NCBI GenBank assembly: GCA_030698395.1
Contig: JAUYKW010000026.1
Coordinates: 12,797 to 76,796 of the forward strand
DNA length: 64,000 nt
From: a bacterium
GTDB taxonomy: Bacteria; Patescibacteriota; Patescibacteriia; UBA9570
Reading direction: 5' to 3'
Part shown: positions 1 through 8,512 of the stretch, piece after piece
Layout of the letters: every line of letters starts with the position of its first letter
Position numbering within the stretch: position 1 is the stretch's first letter
Translations under genes and position numbers: made by a program
Notes under the pieces: generated by a model
Databases searched by the model: none
What the model was told of the DNA's origin: nothing
What the model saw: only the letters and a program-made list of their open reading frames with translations

Positions 1-186
1 GATATTTGGAAATGAAATGCCGTATTGTTTAATGGCTGCTCGAATTCGCTCTCGCGATTCTTGAATCGACGCATCTGGTAATCCTACAATGGTAAATGAA
101 GGAAAACCGGCTGATACATCTACCTGTACCTCTATAGGGTGAGCTGCTAAACCTTGTAACGATGCTGAATATACTTTTGTTAACAT
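1..186 (-). CDS. Mg-chelatase-like ATPase YifB/ComM family, N-terminal fragment; the gene continues beyond the window start
   Basis: The reverse complement from the ATG at 186..184 reads MLTKVYSASLQGLAAHPIEVQVDVSAGFPSFTIVGLPDASIQESRERIRAAIKQ, which matches the conserved ComM/YifB N-terminus. No stop codon is reached before position 1. Confidence 0.6.
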   Translation of the reverse strand, partial: MLTKVYSASLQGLAAHPIEVQVDVSAGFPSFTIVGLPDASIQESRERIRAAIKQYGISFPNI

Positions 187-264
187 AAAAAACGCCACCC
201 ATGATTGGTAGCGCTCAAAAATTAGACTAACACTCTTTATCTATACTTGTCTAGTACAAATTTC

Positions 265-588
265 TCACTTTAATAATTCCTCATTCAGTCTGGTTTGAAT
301 CTCGGATAATTTATTCATATTATCATTAGCATGTACCTTATTACGTTTAGAATATCCACATTTTTCACATGTATGTTTGATAATCCAATCTCCATGCTCG
401 AGCTGAATATCTGCAACAAACATTATGCCGCCACATTCTGCTGCACGATCTCCAGGCTTTACATCTACATGCTGAGATGAAAAACACTCAGGACAATGAT
501 TGGTATATCCATCACCTGATACATAAAATCCGCACTTAATACAATTAAAATCTTCTTTACGTCTTTGAAATCGTCTTTCCTTTAACAT
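265..588 (-). CDS. RNHCP-domain Cys-rich zinc-finger protein
   Basis: 107 aa with multiple CxxC pairs and a TNHCPEC motif typical of the RNHCP domain. Confidence 0.5.
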   Translation of the reverse strand: MLKERRFQRRKEDFNCIKCGFYVSGDGYTNHCPECFSSQHVDVKPGDRAAECGGIMFVADIQLEHGDWIIKHTCEKCGYSKRNKVHANDNMNKLSEIQTRLNEELLK

Positions 589-1075
589 CTTTTTCTTCTA
601 AAAAAATCTTTATTAACCAAATCCCAATTGCACTAATTATATAAACATCAGCTAAATTAAATACACTCCAAAAAGATATAGAAATAAAATCAACCACCCC
701 CCCATAAATTGCCCGATCAACAAGATTTGCAAATGCTCCTGACAAAATAATTGTTACTACTGCAAACTCAAAATAATTCTTATGCTGCATGGCCTTTACC
801 AACAGAACCATCAATATAATTACCACAATAACTATCAAAGAATAATACAAGGGTGGAAACAAAGGTAGGCTCAATGCCATGTTCGTATTCAAATGCAATT
901 TTAAAAATAAAATATCAGAAATAATATCAAACTGTTCATCTGGATGCATGACAAAATACCACTTAGTAACTCTATCTAATAAAAATAGTCCAAGAGCAAA
1001 TGATAGTGTACCTGCCAATTTTGTTATAACAAAATTCCCACCATGAACAGAGGATGTTTGTGACTTTTTTTCCAT
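557..1075 (-). CDS. lspA: lipoprotein signal peptidase (signal peptidase II)
   Basis: 172 aa polytopic membrane protein with a conserved FNLAD motif and LspA-like topology. Confidence 0.8.
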   Translation of the reverse strand: MEKKSQTSSVHGGNFVITKLAGTLSFALGLFLLDRVTKWYFVMHPDEQFDIISDILFLKLHLNTNMALSLPLFPPLYYSLIVIVVIILMVLLVKAMQHKNYFEFAVVTIILSGAFANLVDRAIYGGVVDFISISFWSVFNLADVYIISAIGIWLIKIFLEEKDVKGKTISKT

Positions 1076-1082
1076 GTTTACT

Positions 1083-1454
1083 TTACGGTTTTGGAATAGC
1101 AGTTTCTGCTGCTGGATTTACTTGCAAACGTTCTACAGAAATTGGCTCGCCTGTTTTAATATCCATACCATATGTACCATCCTCTATTCGTTCTAAAGCA
1201 GCTTCAACTTTTTTAAGATAATCTTCTAACTGACCTGTAATTGATACATTAACTTCGTATGCTTGAACTTCATCTGGCGAGTCTGATCCAGCATCTAAAT
1301 AGTTATCATCACCAAAGTTTGGAAACTTTGCTGCCCATTCACCTGGTACATGATCACCGATGTCTTTATCCGCAACCGAAGATAGTTCTTTTTCGATCTC
1401 TACTTTAAGATCTGAAAGTTTATTTTTAAATTCGTCTAATTGTACTTGTTCCAT
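1083..1454 (-). CDS. DksA/TraR-family (YteA-like, no Cys4 finger) regulator
   Basis: 123 aa with an N-terminal coiled coil and a C-terminal EDGTYGxDxxTGEPI motif typical of DksA-like proteins lacking the zinc finger. Confidence 0.5.
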   Translation of the reverse strand: MEQVQLDEFKNKLSDLKVEIEKELSSVADKDIGDHVPGEWAAKFPNFGDDNYLDAGSDSPDEVQAYEVNVSITGQLEDYLKKVEAALERIEDGTYGMDIKTGEPISVERLQVNPAAETAIPKP

Positions 1455-1498
1455 GTTTATACTATATATAATAAAAATTGTTTTATCTAGTAGGAAGA

Positions 1499-1723
1499 CT
1501 ACTCTTTGGCAGTTGCATCCACCTCAGCTTGCTCTGCACCAGCTTTTCGTTCTGCATCACGTAATGCTCTAGCTGCTGCTATAGCATCTCGAATGTCACC
1601 TTCTCGAGCACGTTGTCCAGCATCACCTTGTGGCACATCCTCATGTTTTTTTTCTTCATCCACTTCTAAATCAAAGTCATTATCTGATTGAATATTAATA
1701 TTTTGATTATTTTGAAAATTCAT
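1499..1723 (-). CDS. small acidic hypothetical protein (74 aa); the ORF-track start at 1822 is rejected in favour of the ATG at 1723
   Basis: The ATG at 1723..1721 is preceded by AGGGGTAAAT (SD-like). The upstream extension overlaps a terminator hairpin. The C-terminal half is locally GC-enriched and Ala/Arg/Glu-rich. Confidence 0.4.
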   Translation of the reverse strand: MNFQNNQNINIQSDNDFDLEVDEEKKHEDVPQGDAGQRAREGDIRDAIAAARALRDAERKAGAEQAEVDATAKE

Positions 1724-1733
1724 ATTTACCCCT

Positions 1734-1760
1734 AAAAAACACTTAGGGGTGTCCCCCCTG
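1734..1760 (-). terminator. intrinsic terminator or attenuator hairpin immediately upstream of the small ORF
   Basis: The minus strand reads CAGGGGGGACACCCCTAAGUGUUUUUU: a 5-bp GC stem, a 5-nt loop and a U6 run. Confidence 0.4.
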
Positions 1761-2165
1761 ATTACTATGGCCACAAAGGACCAGTTTTTTTGTAATAGTG
1801 CGAAACACCCCGATATCTTCAAGTTAACCTTGTTTAATCCCTTTTACAAGGGATCAAGCAATGGATTTCCGCTTGAAGACGATTGGAAGTGCAACGTACC
1901 CACGTAAGCCGATGTCCGTAGGATACTCCCGCAAATGGGGACCCTCTAGTATGCCGCTGCCCCTCGATTTCACCTAGAGTGAAATATAATTGAGGGCTGG
2001 CGGAAAAATACATTTTTGTTTTTGTTTTAGTACGGCTTGCATACCAGAGAAATGATTATTTCCAAGTTGTAATACAGTTAGAAACAATGAGCTCTCTGTT
2101 ATTCGTACTGGTACGAAGCATTTAAGTTTTAAAGAACGACTTGTTTCTTCATTCGTTACTGTAGA
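1745..2165 (-). ncRNA. candidate structured non-coding RNA or long 5' leader (roughly 400 nt, class unknown)
   Basis: No credible ORF on either strand. It is bounded by a near-consensus sigma70-type promoter (TTGACC-17-TATACT) at its 5' end and a terminator hairpin at its 3' end. Internal GC-rich helices include CCGCUGCCCCUC...GAGGGCUGGCGG enclosing a GAUUUCACCUAGAGUGAAAU hairpin (plus-strand reading; the complementary helix forms in the minus-strand transcript). Confidence 0.3.
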
Positions 2166-2169
2166 TTAA

Positions 2170-2198
2170 AGTATAGCATGATTTTTGTCTATGGTCAA
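2170..2198 (-). promoter_or_regulatory. sigma70-like promoter (-35 TTGACC 2198..2193, 17-nt spacer, -10 TATACT 2175..2170)
   Basis: Read directly on the minus strand. It would drive leftward transcription through the non-coding region towards the dksA-like/lspA genes. Confidence 0.5.
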
Positions 2199-2205
2199 CT
2201 ATATA

Positions 2206-2241
2206 GATATAAAAATAGCTAACATTAGCTATTTTTATATC
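2206..2241. promoter_or_regulatory. 36-bp perfect palindrome GATATAAAAATAGCTAACATTAGCTATTTTTATATC immediately upstream of the -35; candidate operator or UP element
   Basis: Perfect dyad symmetry. It contains the 14-mer ATAAAAATAGCTAA, which recurs upstream of a TTGACA at 29025..29038. Confidence 0.4.
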
Positions 2242-2326
2242 CTTGACAACACTATCAACAGGTTAATCCACAATGTTTTTATCCAATAAACTTATCCACA
2301 ATCTGTGCATAAGTCATGTTATAGTT

Positions 2327-2893
2327 TTAAGATTGCTTTTTTATGATGTCCACTACCTCAGTTGCAGCGTCGTCTAGCTTTCCTTCCTCATTTACGACTA
2401 AATAATCCCAATCCAAGAGGTTTTTTAGCTCTTTTTCGGCTGTATTAAGCCTTTGTTTTATTACTTCTTTAGAGTCTGTCTCTCTATTAATCAATCTTTT
2501 CTCCAAATACTCATAAGAGGATGGCATGATAAATATAGTTTTTGCTTCTGGTAACATCTTTTTATATGATCTTGCACCCTGCGGATCTACTTTCACTATT
2601 ACTACATCGTGATCTGTTAGCTTCTGTTCCACCTCATCTTTTGTACAACCATAGAGATTTCCATAAACTTCGGCCCATTCAATCATTTTACCGTCATCAA
2701 TTAACTCTCTAAAGGATTCTTGATCGATAAAATAATAAGGAATACCTTCTGATTCATCTAATCGCATAGGCCTCGTACTAGTAGTAATAACCTGACTAAA
2801 AACTAAGCCTTGTTCTCTTACTTCATTAATCACAGAATCCTTACCTGCTCCAGATGGCCCTGTGACTACAAATAATTTACCTTTATTAGCCAT
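2327..2893 (-). CDS. gmk: guanylate kinase
   Basis: P-loop GPSGAGK, the TTRPMR motif and a length of 188 aa. Confidence 0.9.
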   Translation of the reverse strand: MANKGKLFVVTGPSGAGKDSVINEVREQGLVFSQVITTSTRPMRLDESEGIPYYFIDQESFRELIDDGKMIEWAEVYGNLYGCTKDEVEQKLTDHDVVIVKVDPQGARSYKKMLPEAKTIFIMPSSYEYLEKRLINRETDSKEVIKQRLNTAEKELKNLLDWDYLVVNEEGKLDDAATEVVDIIKKQS

Positions 2894-2912
2894 AGTTTTG
2901 AGTATTTTAAGC

Positions 2913-5063
2913 TTATTTACCTAATAAAGCCTTACGTGATAGAGAAATTCTACCAGTTCTAGAATCTACTTCTAATACTTTAACTTCAATAACTTCTCCC
3001 TCTTTAACTACATCCGATACTTTATTAATTCTTTCCTGAGCTATTTCTGATATGTGAACCATACCATCTTGATTTGGTGTTAACTGTACAATTGCACCAA
3101 TTTCCTTTTCTACATTGTTTCTATCAGTAATAATCTTTAAAATCTTACCTTTATAAACTTCACCAGGCTGGATTTCTTTTACAATTCCTTCAATAATTTC
3201 TAGTGCTTCAGCTAAGGCAACGTTATCTTTGGTTGTAACGTATACAAGACCAGTCTCTTCAATGTCAATTTCCACGCCAGTTTTCTCAATAATACCATTG
3301 ATAACTTTTCCACCGGGACCAATAAGTTCACCAATTTTCAATGGATTAATTTGAATAGTCTTAATTTTTGGTGCATATTCTGATAATTCTGCACGCGGTT
3401 CTGGAATAACAGCTGTCATTTTCTCTAATAGCTCTAATCTAGCAGTTTTTGCCTTTTCCAGAGTATCACGTACCATATCTAGAGTTATTCCATCAAGCTT
3501 AATGTCTAATTGTACAGCAGTTACGCCTTCTTTAGTGCCTGCAACTTTAAAATCCATAGATTCTTCATGATCCTCAACATCTTGAATATCAGTAAGAATT
3601 TTATAATCTTCCTTATTACCTTCGCCATTTAGCGCTAATCCCATTGCAATTCCGGCAACTGGGCTTTTAATTGGTACACCAGCATCCATTAAGCATAAAG
3701 TTGAACCACAAATGGAGCCTTGTGATGATGAACCATTAGAAGATAATACATCTGATCGAACTCTAATAGTATATGGAAACTCACTTTTTGCAGGTAATAC
3801 AGGAACTAAAGCTTTTTCAGCTAATGCCCCATGTCCAATTTCACGTCTTCCTGGACCACGCATTGGTCTTGCTTCACCTACAGAAAATGGTGGGAAGCTA
3901 TAATGATGAAAATAATTTCTCTTCTCATCATGTCTCATAGTATCTAGAATCTGCTCATTACTTGGAGAACTTAAAGTAGCAACAGATAAGATCTGTGTAT
4001 CACCACGAGAAAACATACCAGAACCATGTACACGTGGCACTCCGCCAGCTTCTACATTAATTTCTCTAATCTCTTCAATTCCGCGATCATCTACTCGCTT
4101 TCCATCTGCAAAAATACGTTTAATCATTGCCTCTTGAAATAAAAAATCCAAGTGCTTAACAGCAAATTTAGCAGCATCTGCTTGTTCTTCAGTAAATGCT
4201 TCTTTTAATGCTAAATTAGCATTAGACATTCTAATGGCTTGTTCACGTTTATTACCAGGGCCAAATAATTCGCTACCTCTTTCTGCAAAATATTTTACTG
4301 CTGCTTCTTCACCAACTTTCTTCATCTCTAACTGCTCTGCAGTTAGTTCAGGATCGGTCATTACTCTCTTTTCTAGCCCAATTTCACTACCTATTTTATT
4401 AATTAATTCAATTACTGGTTCAATTTCTTTTAAGCCAAATTCAATTGAATTATATACTGCATCTTCACTTGCTTCACTACCATCTGCTTCAAGCATGATA
4501 GTCTCCATATCACGACCAGAAACAAACACATTCAAATCTGCCTCTTTAACTTCCTCTGCTGATGGATTTAATTTCATTTCACCATCCTTTGTGGTAACTA
4601 CACATCCACCCAAAGGTCCTGCCCATGGAATATCAGATACTGTTAAAGCAGCTGATGCACCAATTAAACCAGCAATATCTGGATCACATGAAGGATCATA
4701 AGATAAAACACTAACAGTTACTTGAATATCATTCCGAATTGACGTATTTGTAAATAATGGCCGGATACATCTATCAATTATACGAGCAGATAACATTGCT
4801 TGATCTGATGGTCTACCTTCACGCTTAATAAAACGAGAACCAGAAATTTTTCCGGCTGCAGACATACTTTCTTGAAATTCAACCATTAGAGGGAAATAGT
4901 CGATTTCTCCTCGGACAGATTCTGACATTACAGCTGTAACCAAAACCATGGTATCGCCATACTGGACAGTACATGACCCATTAGTTTGCCCTGCGTATCT
5001 ATTAAACTCAATAGCTAAAGGCTTTCCGCCCCATTCTAACTCGTATTTCTTAATATTTTTCAT
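2913..5063 (-). CDS. pnp: polynucleotide phosphorylase
   Basis: 716 aa with two RNase PH domains plus KH and S1 domains. Classic rpsO-pnp synteny. Confidence 0.95.
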   Translation of the reverse strand: MKNIKKYELEWGGKPLAIEFNRYAGQTNGSCTVQYGDTMVLVTAVMSESVRGEIDYFPLMVEFQESMSAAGKISGSRFIKREGRPSDQAMLSARIIDRCIRPLFTNTSIRNDIQVTVSVLSYDPSCDPDIAGLIGASAALTVSDIPWAGPLGGCVVTTKDGEMKLNPSAEEVKEADLNVFVSGRDMETIMLEADGSEASEDAVYNSIEFGLKEIEPVIELINKIGSEIGLEKRVMTDPELTAEQLEMKKVGEEAAVKYFAERGSELFGPGNKREQAIRMSNANLALKEAFTEEQADAAKFAVKHLDFLFQEAMIKRIFADGKRVDDRGIEEIREINVEAGGVPRVHGSGMFSRGDTQILSVATLSSPSNEQILDTMRHDEKRNYFHHYSFPPFSVGEARPMRGPGRREIGHGALAEKALVPVLPAKSEFPYTIRVRSDVLSSNGSSSQGSICGSTLCLMDAGVPIKSPVAGIAMGLALNGEGNKEDYKILTDIQDVEDHEESMDFKVAGTKEGVTAVQLDIKLDGITLDMVRDTLEKAKTARLELLEKMTAVIPEPRAELSEYAPKIKTIQINPLKIGELIGPGGKVINGIIEKTGVEIDIEETGLVYVTTKDNVALAEALEIIEGIVKEIQPGEVYKGKILKIITDRNNVEKEIGAIVQLTPNQDGMVHISEIAQERINKVSDVVKEGEVIEVKVLEVDSRTGRISLSRKALLGK

Positions 5064-5072
5064 AATATGTTG

Positions 5073-5131
5073 GCCTTACCGAGAGACTGTAGACTCCCTA
5101 AATGGAGAATCTAGATGTCTTTAGGTAAGGC
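5073..5131 (-). promoter_or_regulatory. long hairpin in the rpsO-pnp intergenic region (GCCTTACC ... GGTAAGGC)
   Basis: An 8-bp perfect inverted repeat encloses about 43 nt. The position matches the rpsO terminator / pnp leader processing hairpin known from other bacteria. Confidence 0.45.
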
Positions 5132-5147
5132 ATTTAATTAATTGTTC

Positions 5148-5798
5148 TTAATTACTTATTTTTATATATTGATCTAAACTTTCCAGAAAATCATCTGAGC
5201 CTCGGAAATCGTACAAATAATCGTCTGAAATTACTTGAACCACTGATATTTCTGAACCATCCTTTGCACTTGCTATGGTTAATCTTTCAGCAACTTGATT
5301 ACCTACACTAATTGTTTCTCTATCTAGTACATCAGTTTCATTAAGAGAAATACCCTCATAACTACTAGGCATTACGCTTAAAGTATTCTCTGGTTCAAAT
5401 GTATATGTAGTTATCTCATCGTATTTAGCAGTAGTAGCAGGCACTAAGACTTCTAGGTTGAATTCTGTTAAATCTATTCCTGCTCCGCCTGTAGCAGTGA
5501 TATCGCTAACATCCTCTGCAAGTGTTTCATCTTGATTCTCTGCTTTATCTAAACTATCAGAATCATCTGTTTCTGAATCTGCTTCATTATTAATATTTGT
5601 ATCAACTGAATCTACCTCAGTATCAGAATCATCTGTGACAAATTCTTCGTCATTGGAATTGTTTGAATCTAGATAATTTTCTTCCTGCTTAAAATCAGTT
5701 GATTTTTGAGAAACCACAGTAACTGCAATGATTACAATCAATCCAGCGACGATAACGAATATTCCAAAAATTGTACCTTTTTGCTTTCGCTTAGACAC
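5148..5798 (-). CDS. membrane-anchored, highly acidic hypothetical protein
   Basis: N-terminal TM helix followed by a D/E/S/T-rich low-complexity region and a C-terminal globular part. Confidence 0.5.
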   Translation of the reverse strand: MSKRKQKGTIFGIFVIVAGLIVIIAVTVVSQKSTDFKQEENYLDSNNSNDEEFVTDDSDTEVDSVDTNINNEADSETDDSDSLDKAENQDETLAEDVSDITATGGAGIDLTEFNLEVLVPATTAKYDEITTYTFEPENTLSVMPSSYEGISLNETDVLDRETISVGNQVAERLTIASAKDGSEISVVQVISDDYLYDFRGSDDFLESLDQYIKISN

Positions 5799-6081
5799 TA
5801 TCCTTTAATTTAAGGGCTTTAATCAAAGTTTCGTAAGATCCTTTATCTTCCTTTTTTAAATATCTCATTAATCTACGACGTAAACCAACTTTCTTCAACA
5901 AACCACGCCGAGAAGAAAAATCCTTTTTATGTTGTTTTAAATGCCCAGTAAGATCCTCGATTTCGTATGTAAGTAACGCGATCTGTACCTGAGAAGATCC
6001 AGTATCACCTTCTTTGATGGCGTATTTCTGGATAATTTTGTTCTTTTGTTCTTTTGATATCATATTGCTTCTACTGATCAT
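5791..6081 (-). CDS. rpsO: 30S ribosomal protein S15
   Basis: TGSSQVQIALLT...HLKQHKKDFSSRRGLLKKVGLRRRLMRYL. The true start is probably the second Met, at 6063. Confidence 0.9.
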   Translation of the reverse strand: MISRSNMISKEQKNKIIQKYAIKEGDTGSSQVQIALLTYEIEDLTGHLKQHKKDFSSRRGLLKKVGLRRRLMRYLKKEDKGSYETLIKALKLKDSV

Positions 6082-6223
6082 AGCGATTATTCCGAGAAGT
6101 CGTTAGTTTTACGTAACGAAATCAACCAAGAATATCGACAGCTAATTAATTTTGTAGGCGTGAGTATACCAACCGAACCACAAAAGGTCAAGTGATCAAA
6201 ACAAGTTAAATTTCCTCACTAAT

Positions 6224-6790
6224 TTATTTCTTTGGAGACCTGCCAACTGGCCGAGGCTGGGCTCTTTTTTGCTGAACTCGAGGTTTTTGAGGTCGAGCAG
6301 TGCCAATTAATATATTGTCCTTTAATTCTGCTAAATCAATGAACTGGTCCGCTTCTTCTCGTAATTGAATTGATGAAGATGGTCCAAACGCTACTGCTTC
6401 AGCTCTGCAACCTAAAGATTTTACATGTTCCAATAAAGGAGCAAAATCACCATCACCCGAAACTACTGAAATTACATCTAACTTATCTGCCAACCGCATT
6501 ACATCCATCGCGATGCCAACATCCCAATCACCCTTCTTGTTGCCGTCGTAGAACGTTTGTAATTCTTTTGCCCTAACTTCTAAGCCCCTCTTCTTTAATG
6601 AATCAAAAAAAGATTGTTCTGCACTATGTTCTGCTCTTATAACATAAGCAATGGCTCGTACTAAGGTTCTATCACCCACTGCTACTTCCAATACTTTGCC
6701 AAAATCAACTTTCTGGTTATACAAAGCCTTGGCTGAATAATATAAGTTTTGAATGTCGATAAATACACCGACTCTTTGTTGAATATTCAT
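6224..6790 (-). CDS. NYN-domain (LabA-like) protein
   Basis: Motifs VFIDIQNLYY, DVGIAMDVM and VSGDGDF. Confidence 0.7.
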   Translation of the reverse strand: MNIQQRVGVFIDIQNLYYSAKALYNQKVDFGKVLEVAVGDRTLVRAIAYVIRAEHSAEQSFFDSLKKRGLEVRAKELQTFYDGNKKGDWDVGIAMDVMRLADKLDVISVVSGDGDFAPLLEHVKSLGCRAEAVAFGPSSSIQLREEADQFIDLAELKDNILIGTARPQKPRVQQKRAQPRPVGRSPKK

Positions 6791-6968
6791 ATAATGATTA
6801 TAGCATAGTTATTAATTGTATCCGCATTCTAACCATTGACAAAACTGGTTTTTTAGTGTATGCTTCTTGCGCGTTAGTAGAGAAAGCTGCCATCCCGGTA
6901 GTAGTTCCTACCCAAGGAACTTGCTCTCTCCCCGAGAGTTTTTCTTCGAACCGCAGAAGGAAACACTG

Positions 6969-7238
6969 ATGCTGAAGTTGAATATGCTGTTCCGGAAGCT
7001 GATGGGCGCTGTGGCTTTTATCGGGTTCTTCCTGGTCGCCACCCTGGCGCCGGATGTCCCGGGTCACGAGATGTCCACTCTCGCCATGATCGTCGCCTAT
7101 GCGACTGGTCTGGCGATGATCATCATCCCCTTCGTCCTGAACTACTTCCTCGGCTGGGGATGGTTCGACGAGATGGAGAGCGACGACGAGATCGACACAA
7201 GGGAAGATCTCGAAACGAACGAGACCTGGTCGAAGTAG
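6969..7238 (+). CDS. small 2-TM membrane protein with acidic C-tail, on a high-GC islet
   Basis: SD AAGGA lies 7 nt upstream of the ATG at 6969. There are two hydrophobic helices, and the tail reads GWGWFDEMESDDEIDTREDLETNETWSK. A GC hairpin terminator follows. Local GC is far above that of the flanks. Confidence 0.5.
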   Translation: MLKLNMLFRKLMGAVAFIGFFLVATLAPDVPGHEMSTLAMIVAYATGLAMIIIPFVLNYFLGWGWFDEMESDDEIDTREDLETNETWSK

Positions 7239-7263
7239 ACCGAACCCCCGTCCGAAAGGGCTG

Positions 7264-7308
7264 CCGCCTCTGGAGATCGCGCGATGCGATCGTTTGTACA
7301 GAGGCGGC
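7264..7308 (+). terminator. GC-rich hairpin (GCCGCCTCTG ... CAGAGGCGGC) after the small TM gene
   Basis: 10-bp perfect stem read from the sequence. Confidence 0.45.
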
Positions 7309-7333
7309 GGCTACCCAACTTTTATATATTCCG

Positions 7334-7357
7334 ATTCCCAATTTGGGAATTTTTTTA
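7334..7357 (+). terminator. intrinsic terminator ATTCCCAA-T-TTGGGAAT followed by T7
   Basis: Perfect 8-bp stem followed by TTTTTTT. Confidence 0.5.
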
Positions 7358-7422
7358 TTTTCAATTTCGTGGATTGTTATAAATATATTTTCTTATTCTT
7401 TTTAATTCATATTCATTCCGAA

Positions 7423-7668
7423 TTATTCTGTCATGAAAACGTGGTTGCCATGCGAAATGATTCCAATTATTTTTATTACCCCATCTTGTAACTGCAGATT
7501 TATATGATCGAACAATTGTTGATATGGAATTTGATTTTGGTGAAACATTAGAATAAAAATTTTATTTGTTACAGAATCGTTTCGTTTTTGGGTAGAGACG
7601 TTGCATGCAACGTCTCTACGACGATCATTAATCACAATGATCCCGTGTACATGATTTGGCATTATCAC
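7423..7668 (-). pseudogene. degraded HUH (IS200/IS605 Y1 or RAYT-like) transposase fragment
   Basis: The ORF begins exactly at MPNHVHGIIVI (HuH motif). The upstream region and the catalytic Tyr region are missing. It contains a REP-like palindrome. The surrounding 7.3-7.7 kb is AT-rich junk. Confidence 0.35.
7592..7619. repeat. 28-bp perfect palindrome GTAGAGACGTTGCATGCAACGTCTCTAC (REP-like, variant centre)
   Basis: Shares GTAGAGAC/GTCTCTAC arms with the palindromes at 19348 and 25259. Confidence 0.6.
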
Positions 7669-7852
7669 AAATGCTCATTAATTAATATATCAAAAAATAC
7701 ATTTTATACAAAAAACCGCTCATTATAATATGAAGCGATCTTTCAAAAAAATTCTGGAGGAAGCCCATGTGTATGTCATGCTGGGAATGAACCCACACGA
7801 TCATGTTCACACGAGCAATCCTCGTTACTGGTTCACTACCGCGGCTGCGACT

Positions 7853-8029
7853 CTACCAGAGGTACGTATTCTCAGTCCGAGACCGATCTTCTGCGTCAGG
7901 ATCATTCTCTTTCGCGTAATCGTCTGCCCAGTCCTGAGCCACAGCACCCAAGACCTTCGCGAAGAAAATCATGGTACCCAGGGACGCAACGCTAGCGCCA
8001 ACTTGCGCCAGCAACACAACAACAGTCAT
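7853..8029 (-). CDS. small 1-TM membrane protein with acidic C-tail, on a high-GC islet
   Basis: GGAG lies 6 nt upstream of the ATG at 8029. The protein is MTVVVLLAQVGASVASLGTMIFFAKVLGAVAQDWADDYAKENDPDAEDRSRTENTYLW. The tail resembles that of the 6969 gene. Confidence 0.45.
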   Translation of the reverse strand: MTVVVLLAQVGASVASLGTMIFFAKVLGAVAQDWADDYAKENDPDAEDRSRTENTYLW

Positions 8030-8365
8030 CTTCAGCTCCACAATACGCAGGTTCTGGAAGGAACTGCGGTAGGATTAACGAGGATTGGCTATGTAGCCAA
8101 AAAAAATTTTACTATATTAATAATATTTGTCAATAGTATTTTTTAGATAAAAATAAAAAACGACCGGTTCTGATTTCAGCAATGGTCGTGAAAGCTACAA
8201 ATTCAGTTGTTAAGTTTATGGGTACCTGTGACATTCAAAATGATTATCACAGGCGTTCCTCCTTGCAGCGTCAACCGCCAGAACGAACTAGCCCGTGGTG
8301 CATCAGTTTGAAGCCGAAATAAATCGAGCTCCTAACATCATTACACCACGAGCATCGTCCCAGCT

Positions 8366-8512
8366 TTACTCCTTCGGCTTCAGTCGATTTTCTTCGTACA
8401 CCGGATCGGTCCGGGCCCGATACATCATGAATGCTGCCAGACCGAGCGAGCCACCGATGAAAACGGTAATCAGGAGCAGAGTTAACAGGGGCGAGTTCTC
8501 GATGAATGTCAT
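8366..8512 (-). CDS. small 1-TM membrane protein with charged C-tail, on a high-GC islet
   Basis: Strong SD GGAGGA lies 5 nt upstream of the ATG at 8512. The protein is MTFIENSPLLTLLLITVFIGGSLGLAAFMMYRARTDPVYEENRLKPKE. Confidence 0.5.
   Translation of the reverse strand: MTFIENSPLLTLLLITVFIGGSLGLAAFMMYRARTDPVYEENRLKPKE

Noticed and set aside
1724-1822. N-terminal extension of the 1499..1822 ORF (MKISGCFALLQKN...)
   Set aside because: The extension runs through the terminator hairpin and is non-protein-like. The internal ATG at 1723 has an SD-like AGGGG.
1741-2000. tmRNA, RNase P RNA, SRP RNA or a known riboswitch in the structured intergenic region
   Set aside because: Looked for the tRNA-like GGTTCGAxTCC / CCACCA end and tag-ORF of tmRNA, the GGAAAGTCCGGGCTCC / ACAGAACCCGGCTTA P4 strands of RNase P, the AGGTCAGGTCCGGAAGGAAGCAGC SRP motif, and the TPP (CTGAGA), FMN, SAM and purine cores. 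None is present. Left as an unknown class.
2236-2264. Plus-strand promoter TTGACA-N17-TAATCC at 2236..2264
   Set aside because: Poor -10 and no plus-strand gene downstream. The minus-strand promoter TTGACC/TATACT is much better and has a target.
3712-4701. Plus-strand ORFs 3712..3903 and 4234..4701 inside pnp, and 33355..33558 / 33859..34065 inside valS
   Set aside because: Entirely antisense to well-supported conserved genes, with low-complexity Ser/Pro-rich translations.
7123-7341. Minus-strand Arg/Ser-rich ORF 7123..7341 and plus ORF 7160..7405
   Set aside because: Shadow ORFs of the high-GC islet, overlapping the SD-equipped 6969..7238 gene and the terminators.
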